From Patescibacteria group bacterium (lineage in GTDB: Bacteria > Patescibacteriota > Minisyncoccia > Phycocordibacterales > CAIZLB01): DNA of 64,000 nucleotides. This document shows, in pieces, positions 29,716 to 40,018 of this stretch. How positions within the stretch are numbered: the first letter of the stretch is position 1; every line of letters starts with the position of its first letter. The position numbers and the translations under genes are program-made. The notes beneath the pieces were generated by a model. It ran no database searches, was not told the DNA's origin, and was given only the letters and a program-made list of their open reading frames with translations. Location of the stretch: contig JAZKJG010000002.1 in NCBI GenBank assembly GCA_040384445.1, positions 90,087-154,086 on the forward strand. Direction: 5' to 3'.

Positions 29716-30213
29716 TCAGGCTAGTTTCCAAAATGGATTGTTAATCATTTTGGGATACGCACTTTGAATGAGTAATATACATATAAGTAACATTACAATA
29801 AATACAGAAGTATCTATCCAATCACCTATAACATAGTCAATCTTAGTCTTTTGAGGATTGGTAAGCATTGCTGTAAACTCAAACCCAAGGGCGAAAATAG
29901 CTGAGATGAATGCTCCTTTGAGTGCTAAGCTTTTAAAGCAAGTAACCCGATACTTCTTACCTCCTTTTTTGCTAAAAAGACCAATACCCGAAAGAAGGGT
30001 CCAAAAGGGTATAAACCCTATGTCAGCTAGATGCCATCGAAGCCAACTTGGGAAAAAGAAGTGAAATTGGATAAATTTGCCAAATGGATAGAGTACTCCG
30101 AGGAAAAGAAGAGTCAAAATTTCTTTCTCAATAGGTTTAGTGAGTGCTTTGCAGAAGATCATAAAGTAGAACGCTGAAGCAATGAACATGAGGAATGAAT
30201 GTATTTGGTCCAT
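29716..30213 (-). CDS. Hypothetical multi-TM membrane protein
   Basis: Hydrophobic 165-aa ORF with its own TTGACA promoter and terminator. Confidence 0.6.
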   Translation of the reverse strand: MDQIHSFLMFIASAFYFMIFCKALTKPIEKEILTLLFLGVLYPFGKFIQFHFFFPSWLRWHLADIGFIPFWTLLSGIGLFSKKGGKKYRVTCFKSLALKGAFISAIFALGFEFTAMLTNPQKTKIDYVIGDWIDTSVFIVMLLICILLIQSAYPKMINNPFWKLA

Positions 30214-30467
30214 ATAAAAGTGTTAGAAGGGTGAAAGTTACATGAAAATTAGCCTTTCTTTAAAATACATCATATAAATGATAATGTCAATGAATAATTA
30301 AAGACAAGTTCAACTAATTCCCCCTAGAAATCCTCCTAAATCTATGCTACACTCCACAGATAACGTTTGATTTTGGCATTCAACTGTCGCGGTCCTACAT
30401 TTACCCAGGCGTTATGCCTGGACAAGTAAAATTAATAAAAAATAAAAAACACAATAAAAAGAATTTT

Positions 30468-32612
30468 ATGCAACGAGACTATCCATTAGACAGAACACGT
30501 AACTTCGGAATCATCGCCCACATCGACGCGGGAAAGACAACTACATCAGAACGTATCTTGTATTACACAGGTATGTCACACAAAATTGGTGAGGTACACG
30601 ACGGAGAAGCTGTAACTGACTGGATGGAACAGGAAAAAGAGCGAGGTATTACTATTACTGCCGCAGCGATTACTTGTTTCTGGAACCCAACATACATGGG
30701 AACTGATAAATCAATGATGCACCGATTTAACATCATCGATACACCAGGTCACGTGGACTTTACAGTGGAAGTGGAACGATCTCTAAAAGTTCTTGATGGT
30801 GCTGTTACTGTGTTTGATGGAGTAGCCGGAGTAGAGCCACAGTCAGAAACTGTATGGCGACAAGCTGACAAGTACCAGGTTCCAAGAATCTGTTTTATTA
30901 ACAAGCTTGACCGAACAGGAGGATCATTTGAACGATCATATGCTTCTATTCTTAACCGACTTACAAAACAAGCGGTTCGAATGCAAATCCCTATGGGAGA
31001 AGAAGAGAAGATGGCAGGAGTTATCGACCTTTTGAAAATGAAGGCGTATACATTTGAAGGAGAGATGGGAAATAAAATCATCGAGTCAGAAATTCCTGCT
31101 GAATTTCTAGCAGATGCAACTAAATACCGAGCAGAGCTTGTTGAAAAAGCATGTGAGCAAGATGACGATATGATGAATGCGTATCTTGATGGAAAAGTTG
31201 ATTTTACACTTCCAGAACTTAAGGCTGCTATTCGAAAGGGAACATTGGCTAACAAGCTTTTCCCGGTGTTCACAGGAACAGCTTTGAAAAACAAAGGTGT
31301 ACAACTTATTCTTGATGCAGTGGTTGAATATCTTCCATCGCCTCTTGATGTACCACCTATTAAAGGAGTTAATCCAGATACAGGAGAAGAAATGGTACGA
31401 ATTGCATCTGATACAGAGCCGTTTGCTGCGCTTGCATTTAAACTACAGCAAGACCCATTCGTAGGACAGCTTACATTCTTCCGAGTGTATTCAGGAACTA
31501 TTGAATCAGGTTCATATATTTACAACGCAACAACTGGAAATAAAGAGAGACTAGGACGAATTGTGCGTCTACAGGCAAACAAGCGAGAAGAAGTTAAGAA
31601 AGTATACGCTGGAGAAATTGCTGCAGCTGTAGGACTTAAGGAGGCTCTTACATCGCATACATTCTGTGATGAAGCTAATCCAATTATCCTTGAAGTTATT
31701 AAATTTGCTGAGCCTGTGGTTTCACTTTCAATTGAACCAAAGACAAAAGCGGATCAAGAGAAAATGGGTATCGCTCTTAAAAAACTTGGAGATGAAGATC
31801 CAACATTCCGAATTACTTCAAACCCAGAAACTGGACAGACTCTTATTGCAGGTATGGGAGAACTACACCTTGAGATTATGATTGACCGAATGAAGCGAGA
31901 GTTTAACGTTGAAGCAAACGTTGGACAGCCTCAAGTAGCATACCGAGAAACTATCACAGCAGAAGCTGAAGCAGAGCATAAGTATGCTAAGCAGTCTGGA
32001 GGTAAAGGACAATACGGACACGTTCGAATTACACTTAAACCTCTTACTGATCCAGTAGAAGGAGCTAAAGTTCCTAAGAACGTTCACCGAGAACCTGGAT
32101 ACGAATTTATCGATTCTATTAAAGGAGGTGTTATTCCAGGAGAATTTATTCCAGCTGTACAGAAAGGAGTTAAAGAAGCTATGGATAGAGGTATTGTTGC
32201 AGGATTCCCGCTTACTGGAGTATCTTGTGAACTTACATTCGGTTCATACCACGATGTTGACTCATCAGAAATCGCCTACAAGATTGCTGCATCACAAGCA
32301 TTCCAAGAGGGAGCTAAACGAGCTCGACCAGTTATCATGGAACCTATTATGCGAGTAGAGGTTGTTGTTCCAGAGAAATTTATGGGAGACGTTACAGGAT
32401 CACTATCAGCTAAACGAGGACAGATCGAAGGAATGGAAGATCGAGGACTTAACAAGGCTATTAAAGCTCTTGTTCCACTATCAGAAATGTTTGGATACAC
32501 AACACAACTCCGATCTATGACAGAAGGACGAGGATCTAACACTATGGAGTTTGCTCGATACGAAGCAGTACCACCAAACGTAGAGAAAACTATAGTTGAC
32601 TCACGGAAATAA
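30468..32612 (+). CDS. fusA: Elongation factor G
   Basis: [23 protein letters not shown]; start moved to ATG 30468. Confidence 0.98.
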   Translation: MQRDYPLDRTRNFGIIAHIDAGKTTTSERILYYTGMSHKIGEVHDGEAVTDWMEQEKERGITITAAAITCFWNPTYMGTDKSMMHRFNIIDTPGHVDFTVEVERSLKVLDGAVTVFDGVAGVEPQSETVWRQADKYQVPRICFINKLDRTGGSFERSYASILNRLTKQAVRMQIPMGEEEKMAGVIDLLKMKAYTFEGEMGNKIIESEIPAEFLADATKYRAELVEKACEQDDDMMNAYLDGKVDFTLPELKAAIRKGTLANKLFPVFTGTALKNKGVQLILDAVVEYLPSPLDVPPIKGVNPDTGEEMVRIASDTEPFAALAFKLQQDPFVGQLTFFRVYSGTIESGSYIYNATTGNKERLGRIVRLQANKREEVKKVYAGEIAAAVGLKEALTSHTFCDEANPIILEVIKFAEPVVSLSIEPKTKADQEKMGIALKKLGDEDPTFRITSNPETGQTLIAGMGELHLEIMIDRMKREFNVEANVGQPQVAYRETITAEAEAEHKYAKQSGGKGQYGHVRITLKPLTDPVEGAKVPKNVHREPGYEFIDSIKGGVIPGEFIPAVQKGVKEAMDRGIVAGFPLTGVSCELTFGSYHDVDSSEIAYKIAASQAFQEGAKRARPVIMEPIMRVEVVVPEKFMGDVTGSLSAKRGQIEGMEDRGLNKAIKALVPLSEMFGYTTQLRSMTEGRGSNTMEFARYEAVPPNVEKTIVDSRK

Positions 32613-32634
32613 TTAATATATAGTACACACACAT

Positions 32635-32904
32635 ATGCCAATCACAAAATCAGCTAAAAAGGCTTTACGAGCCGGAGAAAAGAAAAAAGTTTTCAACCTA
32701 CGACGAAAGAAGAGTGTTGAGGATACAGTTAAAGCCGTAAAGAAACTTGTTAAAGAAGGGAAGACAAAAGAAGCAAATGCTCTTCTTCCAAAAGCTTTCC
32801 AAGCTCTTGATAAAGCAGCTAAGGGAAACACTATCAAAGATGGTGCCGCAGCTCGAAAGAAAAGTAGATTGAATAAGCTTGTTAAAAAGGCTGTTTCAAA
32901 ATAA
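32635..32904 (+). CDS. rpsT: 30S ribosomal protein S20
   Basis: MPITKSAKK, LDKAAKG, AARKKSRL. Confidence 0.95.
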   Translation: MPITKSAKKALRAGEKKKVFNLRRKKSVEDTVKAVKKLVKEGKTKEANALLPKAFQALDKAAKGNTIKDGAAARKKSRLNKLVKKAVSK

Positions 32905-32908
32905 AGAA

Positions 32909-32964
32909 ATACAAAATAAAAAAACTGTTACCGTAAACTGAGTAACAGTTTTTTTATTTTGTAT
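32909..32964. terminator. Long inverted repeat / terminator after rpsT
   Basis: ATACAAAATAAAAAAACTGTTAC...GTAACAGTTTTTTTATTTTGTAT, about 23-bp perfect stem. Confidence 0.8.
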
Positions 32965-33066
32965 CTCATCAAGTATCTTGCTCTAGAGTTTGGTGATAAG
33001 TGCGGGGGTGTAATAAAAAATGAACCCCTTTATTTATAACTCGTGGGGTTCGAACGAGTGTGTTAG

Positions 33067-33603
33067 TTAGCTTATCCGACCAACTGTTCCATCAGGATGA
33101 AGTGGGTTGCCGCAATCATTGAGATCGATCACGGTTCCAACTGCCGATTCAAGACCGGCAAGCCATGTGACTGCCTGGTCATGTGCGGCGTCTTCCTGAT
33201 TCCTTCTTTTGACTTCTGTGAAGCGTTGGAAATTTCTGACAATAGGGAGGATGAGGCGACGTGCCTTTTCATAATCCGCCAACTTATTGTAGTTTCCAAT
33301 CGTGGACTCGATGTATGAGACATCACAGTCGGGGAACTTAATCCCCCAGACGGCATTCAACGCATGGTAGGCTCCCTCATATTCAGCGGTTGTATCTGCT
33401 GGAATAATGTAGTGGTCCCCTGCATCCCTCCACGAATGGAAGAATGTACTTCCTTTGTTTGAGGACAAGCACAGCATTTTGACTCCGTGCTTTTCGCAAA
33501 TGCCTACGGAATCACCAAGGATGTCGTGACATGTATCACCTTCAGCGTGTGGAAGATTGGTTGGAATTGTGAAAGAATCTAGATAATTAAGTTTAGCTTT
33601 CAT
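33067..33603 (-). CDS. Hypothetical protein
   Basis: 178-aa ORF with its own promoter and terminator. Confidence 0.6.
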   Translation of the reverse strand: MKAKLNYLDSFTIPTNLPHAEGDTCHDILGDSVGICEKHGVKMLCLSSNKGSTFFHSWRDAGDHYIIPADTTAEYEGAYHALNAVWGIKFPDCDVSYIESTIGNYNKLADYEKARRLILPIVRNFQRFTEVKRRNQEDAAHDQAVTWLAGLESAVGTVIDLNDCGNPLHPDGTVGRIS

Positions 33604-33740
33604 GTTAATTTAAGTTTAAAGGTTTGAAACAAATCTGCCTTTCGGCTGTGAAATGTCCGTTTCGAACATAGCTCGATGTATACCTTTTGATATATATGGA
33701 GCTATGTTCGAGATAATCTGTAAACTAATCAACTGTTTAT

Positions 33741-33768
33741 ATTATACCACAAATAGAGTCCGTGTCAA
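33741..33768 (-). promoter_or_regulatory. Consensus sigma70 promoter
   Basis: TTGACA-N16-TATAAT with TG extension. Confidence 0.75.
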
Positions 33769-33777
33769 GACTACCAA

Positions 33778-34305
33778 TTAAAACCCTTGCTTAGTATCAT
33801 GTTCCTTACTTTTTGCAGCATCCATAATAGCATCTTTAATATCAAGAGGATTTGGAACTTTATCAAACATAAATCGTTGTGCAGTGGCCCCAGTTTGAAT
33901 TTCAATATTTCCAAAGTTAAGATATGACTCGATAAGACCTTTTGTATTTACTGAAATATCCTGAATAGATTCAAGGTGTAGCTCTGAAATTTTTCTATTA
34001 AACAATCCAATCTGTACGATATCAAGGATTCGTTCATTAGTTACAATCCATGTATCAAGTGAGTGAAGAGTGAGTCGATATGCAAGAATAAACCAAAGTA
34101 TCATTATGTAAATAAGCCAACAAAACATAAACAAGATTTCATGTCCGATGATAATAGGAGCAAGTAGTACGATGAGAATAATAGGAAGAAACGAAGCAAA
34201 CAGTGTACCCATTACGATTCCAAAAAGTACAAACCAGTGTCTTCTTGTGAACACTAACAGAGTTTCGTTATCATTTTTTCCTTCAAATGTGATGTCTTCG
34301 AGCAT
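33778..34305 (-). CDS. Bacterial PH-domain membrane protein
   Basis: RRHW, WIVTNERI, IQDISV, FGNIEIQT, VPNP. Confidence 0.8.
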   Translation of the reverse strand: MLEDITFEGKNDNETLLVFTRRHWFVLFGIVMGTLFASFLPIILIVLLAPIIIGHEILFMFCWLIYIMILWFILAYRLTLHSLDTWIVTNERILDIVQIGLFNRKISELHLESIQDISVNTKGLIESYLNFGNIEIQTGATAQRFMFDKVPNPLDIKDAIMDAAKSKEHDTKQGF

Positions 34306-34306
34306 A

Positions 34307-34501
34307 TTATAGTTTTAAATAAACTAGAGAAGTAATAATAGTAAGCATAATCGAGCCTGCTAAAACGATATACAAGATACGTTTCGTATGTCTCCCTAAT
34401 CCAAATCTGTGTAGGTGATATAGAAGTATTGCTATAGCAGTCCAGTATCCGAGTAAGAATAAGCCATAGGCCAAACCGATATAGGGTATAATTGTGTCCA
34501 T
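34307..34501 (-). CDS. Small two-TM membrane protein
   Basis: Hydrophobic 64-aa ORF abutting the PH-domain gene. Confidence 0.6.
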   Translation of the reverse strand: MDTIIPYIGLAYGLFLLGYWTAIAILLYHLHRFGLGRHTKRILYIVLAGSIMLTIITSLVYLKL

Positions 34502-34537
34502 CTAGTAAGTATATCCTGCCGTGCTATGATAATCCAT

Positions 34538-35020
34538 ATGCCAATGCTGTATATTTTGTCAGGACTACCATTTGCCGGAAAGTCTTCATTTGCAAAGAAA
34601 GCTGAAGAATGTACAACACTAAAGAGAGTGAGTTTTGATGAATTATGGACTTCGCTTGTAACTGTGGATCCAGGGATTACATATGAGCTTGCAAATGCAG
34701 AGATAGAAAAACTGTTACAACACAACCTAGAACAGGGTATTTCTACTATATACGACAGTACAAATTTGAAAGAGAATCATCGAGATGCACTTATTTCCAT
34801 TGCCCATAACACAGGAAGTGAGTATAAGATTGTCTATTTCTATATATCAGTTGAGGAAATGAAACGCCGACAAGCTGAGAGTTTGATTCATAAAACTCAT
34901 CCAATAGTATGTGAAGAAAATATTAGAGCGGCGTTAGAACACAACTGTGTCCCTGACGGATGTATTGTAATTGAAACTGAGGCAGATAAAGGAAGGTTGT
35001 TACGAGAAATGCAAAACTAA
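34538..35020 (+). CDS. AAA_33-type P-loop kinase
   Basis: GLPFAGKS, YDSTN. Confidence 0.8.
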   Translation: MPMLYILSGLPFAGKSSFAKKAEECTTLKRVSFDELWTSLVTVDPGITYELANAEIEKLLQHNLEQGISTIYDSTNLKENHRDALISIAHNTGSEYKIVYFYISVEEMKRRQAESLIHKTHPIVCEENIRAALEHNCVPDGCIVIETEADKGRLLREMQN

Positions 35021-35499
35021 AATCCAAAATACTCTAGAATCTTTTGAAAGAATGATTCAGTAAGGTGTCTCTCGGGTAGAATCTGTACTAGCTCTGAGTG
35101 TAAATCATGTAAATCTTGCTGGTTAGTCTCGATAGGGAGAGGTAGACTGATAACTGGTGAAGTAATCATTTCAGTCTCAAAGAGTATTCTTGAAGGTATA
35201 TGATATTCTTTATTGTCTTCAATCCAGAATGCTTTTAGATTTGAAAATGACCAACTTTCCTGATCAATTCGAATACCTGTTGTGTTAATCTCAAATCGTA
35301 ATCGTTTTGGTCTTTCTAGGGCATGCATAAGTAACGCTCCAGTTCCGACAAGAACAAGGACACCAAATGTAATGTTTGCAAACATAAAAGAAATAAGTGC
35401 CACAGTTACTGAAACGATTCCTACAGACCATTTCCAATCAGAATTTTTTTCGTAGTGCATATAATGATACTCTTCCCATATGATTGGCAATTTACTCAT
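35017..35499 (-). CDS. Hypothetical membrane protein (two TM helices plus PH-like domain)
   Basis: IIWEEYHY.HYEK..DW, two TM helices, ends ILEYFGF. Confidence 0.7.
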   Translation of the reverse strand: MSKLPIIWEEYHYMHYEKNSDWKWSVGIVSVTVALISFMFANITFGVLVLVGTGALLMHALERPKRLRFEINTTGIRIDQESWSFSNLKAFWIEDNKEYHIPSRILFETEMITSPVISLPLPIETNQQDLHDLHSELVQILPERHLTESFFQKILEYFGF

Positions 35500-35519
35500 G
35501 GTATGATTATACTACAATA

Positions 35520-36704
35520 ATGTTTGCTCGTATATTTTTTTTACTCATTTGTATCTCTGTAACTCATTCTGCTCATGCAGAATGGTATGTAAGTCCACTA
35601 CCTGCACCGGTAATTGGGGAGAGTGTATACATTGCAAATAGTGAAAACGAGGAAATTCCGCATATTATTTTAAAACAAAAGTTAGCTACAACATCTCAAG
35701 CAGTGAACTATCCTGCGCTGCGAGTGGTTGAATCAGTTGGAACAATCAACAAAACACTCGTACTCGACACATCAAAAGAAGGTCAGACCTACACTGGGAT
35801 ATATCTTACAGTGCAACCAGATTTTAAAAACTTTAGAAAAATTGCACGAGTATTTATTTCTGATTCATTACTAGGTGCAAGTAGTCCTACGTGGAGAGAA
35901 ATGGAAAAAAGAACCATAATATATCGATATACAGATGTGGACGGATTTCAATTGCAAAATTTAAAAATTACATTTCCAGATATATCTTCTCGATACATTA
36001 AGATTCAACTTGACGAAGATACTCCTATAGAAACCCCTATAAGTATTAAAGAGGTAAACATAGAATATGATGTGGAGGAAGATACATTGGAAAAAACAAT
36101 AAAACAATATCTTGCTGGTAATTTTGATACACCAGGTTTAGCGGCAACAAGAGAGATTCCAATTGAGCAGGGGGTGTTTACGAACTCAGGAGATATTACG
36201 CATATTACAGTACATGTAGATGATAAACTTTTGGCATTTAGAGAATCAGTGCAGATCGAAACATCTGAAGATGGAACAATCTGGAACCAGTTGCATAAAG
36301 GAGAAGTGTATCGAGTAAAGTCTTCTGTATTTGAAGGGCAACAGCTAACGCTTACAATTCCTCCGACATCGTCTCCATTTATACGTGTTGTGACAAATCT
36401 TCCTATTGAAGATACTGTGACTGTTCGATTACAGAAACAGGCTCTACTCTTTAAACTAGACGGTTCATCGCCAGAAGGGATTCAGGTTCATGTAGATAGA
36501 GCAGGAACTGCTACATCGTCATACATTTTACAGAAAGAACTGACTAATCTTGGGTTAGTGGTACCAAAAATGGTTACATTAGAATTAAGTGAAGATGCGG
36601 TCGCAAAAAGGCAGCTAAGTAACAGATATGTCATATATAGTGCTATTTTCCTAATTGCTGGTATACTGGGCTATCTACGGTACAGAAGAACCCGAAAGAT
36701 ATAA
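35520..36704 (+). CDS. Secreted beta-sandwich protein with C-terminal TM anchor
   Basis: Signal peptide ending AHA; SRYIKI and SEDG..W discoidin-like motifs; C-terminal TM plus basic tail. Confidence 0.65.
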   Translation: MFARIFFLLICISVTHSAHAEWYVSPLPAPVIGESVYIANSENEEIPHIILKQKLATTSQAVNYPALRVVESVGTINKTLVLDTSKEGQTYTGIYLTVQPDFKNFRKIARVFISDSLLGASSPTWREMEKRTIIYRYTDVDGFQLQNLKITFPDISSRYIKIQLDEDTPIETPISIKEVNIEYDVEEDTLEKTIKQYLAGNFDTPGLAATREIPIEQGVFTNSGDITHITVHVDDKLLAFRESVQIETSEDGTIWNQLHKGEVYRVKSSVFEGQQLTLTIPPTSSPFIRVVTNLPIEDTVTVRLQKQALLFKLDGSSPEGIQVHVDRAGTATSSYILQKELTNLGLVVPKMVTLELSEDAVAKRQLSNRYVIYSAIFLIAGILGYLRYRRTRKI

Positions 36705-36707
36705 ATT

Positions 36708-37958
36708 ATGGCTACACAAGACTTTATTATAATAGGAGGAGGTCCAGCAGGAATGATGGCTGCTATTTCTGCTGCAGAGGATGGGAAGAAAGTGCTTCTC
36801 TTGGAAAAGAATTCACATCTCGGAAAAAAGCTTTTGATCACAGGGGGAGGGAGATGTAATGTGACAAACTCAGAATTTGATATTCGGAAATTTTTGGCCC
36901 ACTATAAAGAAAGTGATAAGTTTTTGTTTTCTGCGTTTTCTCAATATAACGTTTCCCATACGTTAGATTTTTTTCATAAAAATGGAATGGACACGAAAGT
37001 TGAAAATGAAGGAAGAACATTTCCAATATCTGACAGTGCACGGACTGTATATAATGTTCTTGTAAAAGAAATGGAAAGATTAGGGGTTGAGATTTTAATG
37101 GAAGTTGAAGTGTTGGGATTTGATATTTCTGGTGAAGATACAAAACATATTGATGGAGTGAATGTTAAAGTGAAAGGGAAAGAACAAAAATTAACAGCTA
37201 AAAATTACATTCTTGCGACAGGTGGAACATCGCATCCTGAGACAGGTTCGACTGGAGATGCATATCCATGGCTTACACAAATGGGCCATACAGTTGTTAT
37301 ACCGAAACCTGTGCTTGTGCCTGTAACTATTAAGGAGAAATGGGTAAAGGAATTGCAAGGTGTTTCATTTTCAAATATTAAACTCACACTCTATGCAGAT
37401 GAGGAAAAAGTATTAACTAAAAAGGGCAGGGTGCTATGTACACACTTTGGTATAACTGGTCCGACTGTTTTGAATATGAGTAAAAAAATTTCTGATCTCA
37501 TAGAAATGAAAAAGAAAGTTATCGTGCTCCTAGATCTTCTCCCTGAATTTGATCATGGAACTTTGAATGAAAAGTTGCAGGATACATTTAGCAAAAATAA
37601 ATCTAAGAAAATTAAAAATACACTTGGGGAATTAATTCCAAATGCAATTGTTGAAACCGTTTTAACTTTGGGAGAGTTGAATATTGATACTGTGTGTTCT
37701 CAGATTACTCGAGATGGGAGAATGAAATTGATTCAAATACTGAAAGGTTTGCAGATGACGGTAACAGGTCTACTTGGGGAAGATAAGGCGATTATTGCAA
37801 GTGGAGGCGTGCCACTTAAGGAAATTGATTTTAAAAATTGTAGTTCTCGGGTTTGTGATAACGTGCGGGTGATTGGGGACTTGCTTGATATAGATAGACC
37901 GTCTGGTGGGTATAGTCTTCAGCTATGTTGGACGACAGGATATGTAGCAGGGAAATAG
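36708..37958 (+). CDS. HI0933/BaiN (YhiN) family flavoprotein
   Basis: GGGPAGMMAA, KLLITGGGRCNVTN, ATGG, GGYSLQ. Confidence 0.92.
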   Translation: MATQDFIIIGGGPAGMMAAISAAEDGKKVLLLEKNSHLGKKLLITGGGRCNVTNSEFDIRKFLAHYKESDKFLFSAFSQYNVSHTLDFFHKNGMDTKVENEGRTFPISDSARTVYNVLVKEMERLGVEILMEVEVLGFDISGEDTKHIDGVNVKVKGKEQKLTAKNYILATGGTSHPETGSTGDAYPWLTQMGHTVVIPKPVLVPVTIKEKWVKELQGVSFSNIKLTLYADEEKVLTKKGRVLCTHFGITGPTVLNMSKKISDLIEMKKKVIVLLDLLPEFDHGTLNEKLQDTFSKNKSKKIKNTLGELIPNAIVETVLTLGELNIDTVCSQITRDGRMKLIQILKGLQMTVTGLLGEDKAIIASGGVPLKEIDFKNCSSRVCDNVRVIGDLLDIDRPSGGYSLQLCWTTGYVAGK

Positions 37959-37998
37959 ATGAAAGCCCCAGTGTGTACTGGGGCTTTTGAGTGGGGGG

Positions 37999-38217
37999 TT
38001 AGACAGTAAGAGCTACGGGTATGGCAATTTTTCGTCTCCGGAGTTGTTTGTGTATTACTGTAAAATTGATCGGACCCTTCCTGCTCCATTTGTTGATTTG
38101 CACCCAAGGTCCTTTCTGAACCCAAGGTTCGTCAGGGATTTTAATGAGTGAATAGCCGAAACCGGAAGTAGGTAAGGTGTAATTTTTGTCTCTAAACTTA
38201 AATCTGATTTTGTACAT
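37999..38217 (-). CDS. Hypothetical small basic protein
   Basis: 72-aa ORF sharing a terminator with the convergent gene. Confidence 0.4.
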   Translation of the reverse strand: MYKIRFKFRDKNYTLPTSGFGYSLIKIPDEPWVQKGPWVQINKWSRKGPINFTVIHKQLRRRKIAIPVALTV

Positions 38218-38264
38218 GATGGGACTGGGTTAGAATTTTGCCTACTGTGGCAGTACAGGAAAGT

Positions 38265-38765
38265 CTACACGATTCTAGATTGTTTGTAAAACTCCCACAA
38301 AAGCTTCATGTCTTTCCGTGTTAGTTTTGCAAATACCTCTTGCTCCGGAACCCATACAAACTCAGCAATAGCTTTTTCTTCTTCATCTATTTCATCTTGT
38401 TCAAGATCCGCTAGTTGTGCAAATACTAAACGATAGTGAGCGAGTCTATTTACATGCTTAATGACATGAAAAAATAATCCATGTGATACAAAGTCCATTG
38501 GTGTAATTACAGAAATATTTTTATATCCTGTCTCTTCTAAAATCTCTTTTTGAGCAGTTTGCTCGAGTGTTTCTCCTTCTTCAATTCCTCCGGTTAAAAA
38601 TCCACTCCAGTTTGATTTTTTCCATTCTGCTAATAAATATAAATTATCTGTAGGGTGTTTGATAATAACGCCAATGTTATTTCGTTCAACGATCTGTACG
38701 CCTTCTTGAAATGAATCTGTGCCGCCATCTAGGTTGATGTCTATATCTGGGTAGAGGTCTTTCAT
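38265..38765 (-). CDS. NUDIX hydrolase
   Basis: GGIEEGETLEQTAQKEILEETG Nudix box. Confidence 0.9.
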   Translation of the reverse strand: MKDLYPDIDINLDGGTDSFQEGVQIVERNNIGVIIKHPTDNLYLLAEWKKSNWSGFLTGGIEEGETLEQTAQKEILEETGYKNISVITPMDFVSHGLFFHVIKHVNRLAHYRLVFAQLADLEQDEIDEEEKAIAEFVWVPEQEVFAKLTRKDMKLLWEFYKQSRIV

Positions 38766-38777
38766 GTGAACAGTGTA

Positions 38778-39920
38778 TCACATTACTTTGTCTGACAACT
38801 TTGCTCTGTATTTCTTTAAAAATGGATACTCTATGTATTTATATGTAAATCCTGATAGAACTACAATGAGTAATGCTGACACAAACATAATTGACCAAAA
38901 GGAGAATGTTGAAAGGTTGGCGATCGGATGGAATACGTTTACAGCCTTAAGTACTAGGTACAGAACGATTCCGTGCAACAAGTAAATACTGTAACTAATA
39001 GTTCCTAAGAATTTTGCAGCTCTTGTTTTAAGCAATCCCCAGATTGTATTTCCATATAAGAAGAAAAGGAATATAAAAAATGTAATACAGTACTGCAGAA
39101 TTCCATACGGTTTATAATCAATCATATAAACTAAGATCAATCCAAGAATGGGAAGTAGACTTACCCAAGGTTTCTTAACCCAATCTTGTTTAGGGTATTT
39201 TGCAAGAATATGAGCCGAAGCTATTCCAAATAAGAAAATCATCCAATATCCTTTGTCAGGTGAAAGAGCAAGAATTGCCAAGATAGGAATTGCTAAGAGA
39301 TTCATTTTTCTATCTCGAAGAACTATTGCAACAAATGGAAGAACGATATATAGCACCCATTCAAAGTGTAGGGTCCAGTGAATTCCTGCATTTATAGGAA
39401 TAATACTTAAACCGTTTACAGAAGTCGTGGTGATAATACCAAGTGATAACCATGAGAACATATCTCGTATCAGTTGGATCGGATCTCCAATTCTGAATCC
39501 TGTTTCGAACAAAGCAAATATAACAATGAGGGCAGCAGAGAAGAGGTACATTGGAGCAAGTCGATAAATTCTGTTCTTATACAATGAATACGCGTCAAGA
39601 TCTCCTTTCTTTGCGATTGCCTTATACCAGTAGAGGAAACTTGTAATCATGAAAAACAAAATAACTGCCTCTCCTCCTAGGAATCGGTAGAGTTTAAACT
39701 CTGTGATTTGCCATGTTCCTGTTGTGTAGTAGGTAAGATTAGTGACTGCGTGTTGAAAGAATACTCCGAATGCTAGTATTCCTCGGAGTCCATCGAGTGA
39801 TTCGAATCGTCCATCTTCGTCTTTTGATGGTGTGTTATAAAATGCCCAGTACTTTGAGAGTAGGGTTGCGAATGCCAGTATACCGGCCATGATGAGGAAA
39901 AATGGGAGAAGGGTGAACAT
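38778..39920 (-). CDS. Acyltransferase-3 (OafA-like) membrane O-acyltransferase
   Basis: LDGLRG, FFMITSF, RIYRLAP, WTLHFE, ISYSIYLLH, YIEYP. Confidence 0.9.
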   Translation of the reverse strand: MFTLLPFFLIMAGILAFATLLSKYWAFYNTPSKDEDGRFESLDGLRGILAFGVFFQHAVTNLTYYTTGTWQITEFKLYRFLGGEAVILFFMITSFLYWYKAIAKKGDLDAYSLYKNRIYRLAPMYLFSAALIVIFALFETGFRIGDPIQLIRDMFSWLSLGIITTTSVNGLSIIPINAGIHWTLHFEWVLYIVLPFVAIVLRDRKMNLLAIPILAILALSPDKGYWMIFLFGIASAHILAKYPKQDWVKKPWVSLLPILGLILVYMIDYKPYGILQYCITFFIFLFFLYGNTIWGLLKTRAAKFLGTISYSIYLLHGIVLYLVLKAVNVFHPIANLSTFSFWSIMFVSALLIVVLSGFTYKYIEYPFLKKYRAKLSDKVM

Positions 39921-40018
39921 GCGTGGGGTATGGGTTAAGTATACCGTACTGGACTTTATTAGGTAAATGATTATAGTGAAAGTAGGATCAATATTTAAAC
40001 CTAAATGAAGGAGATATT

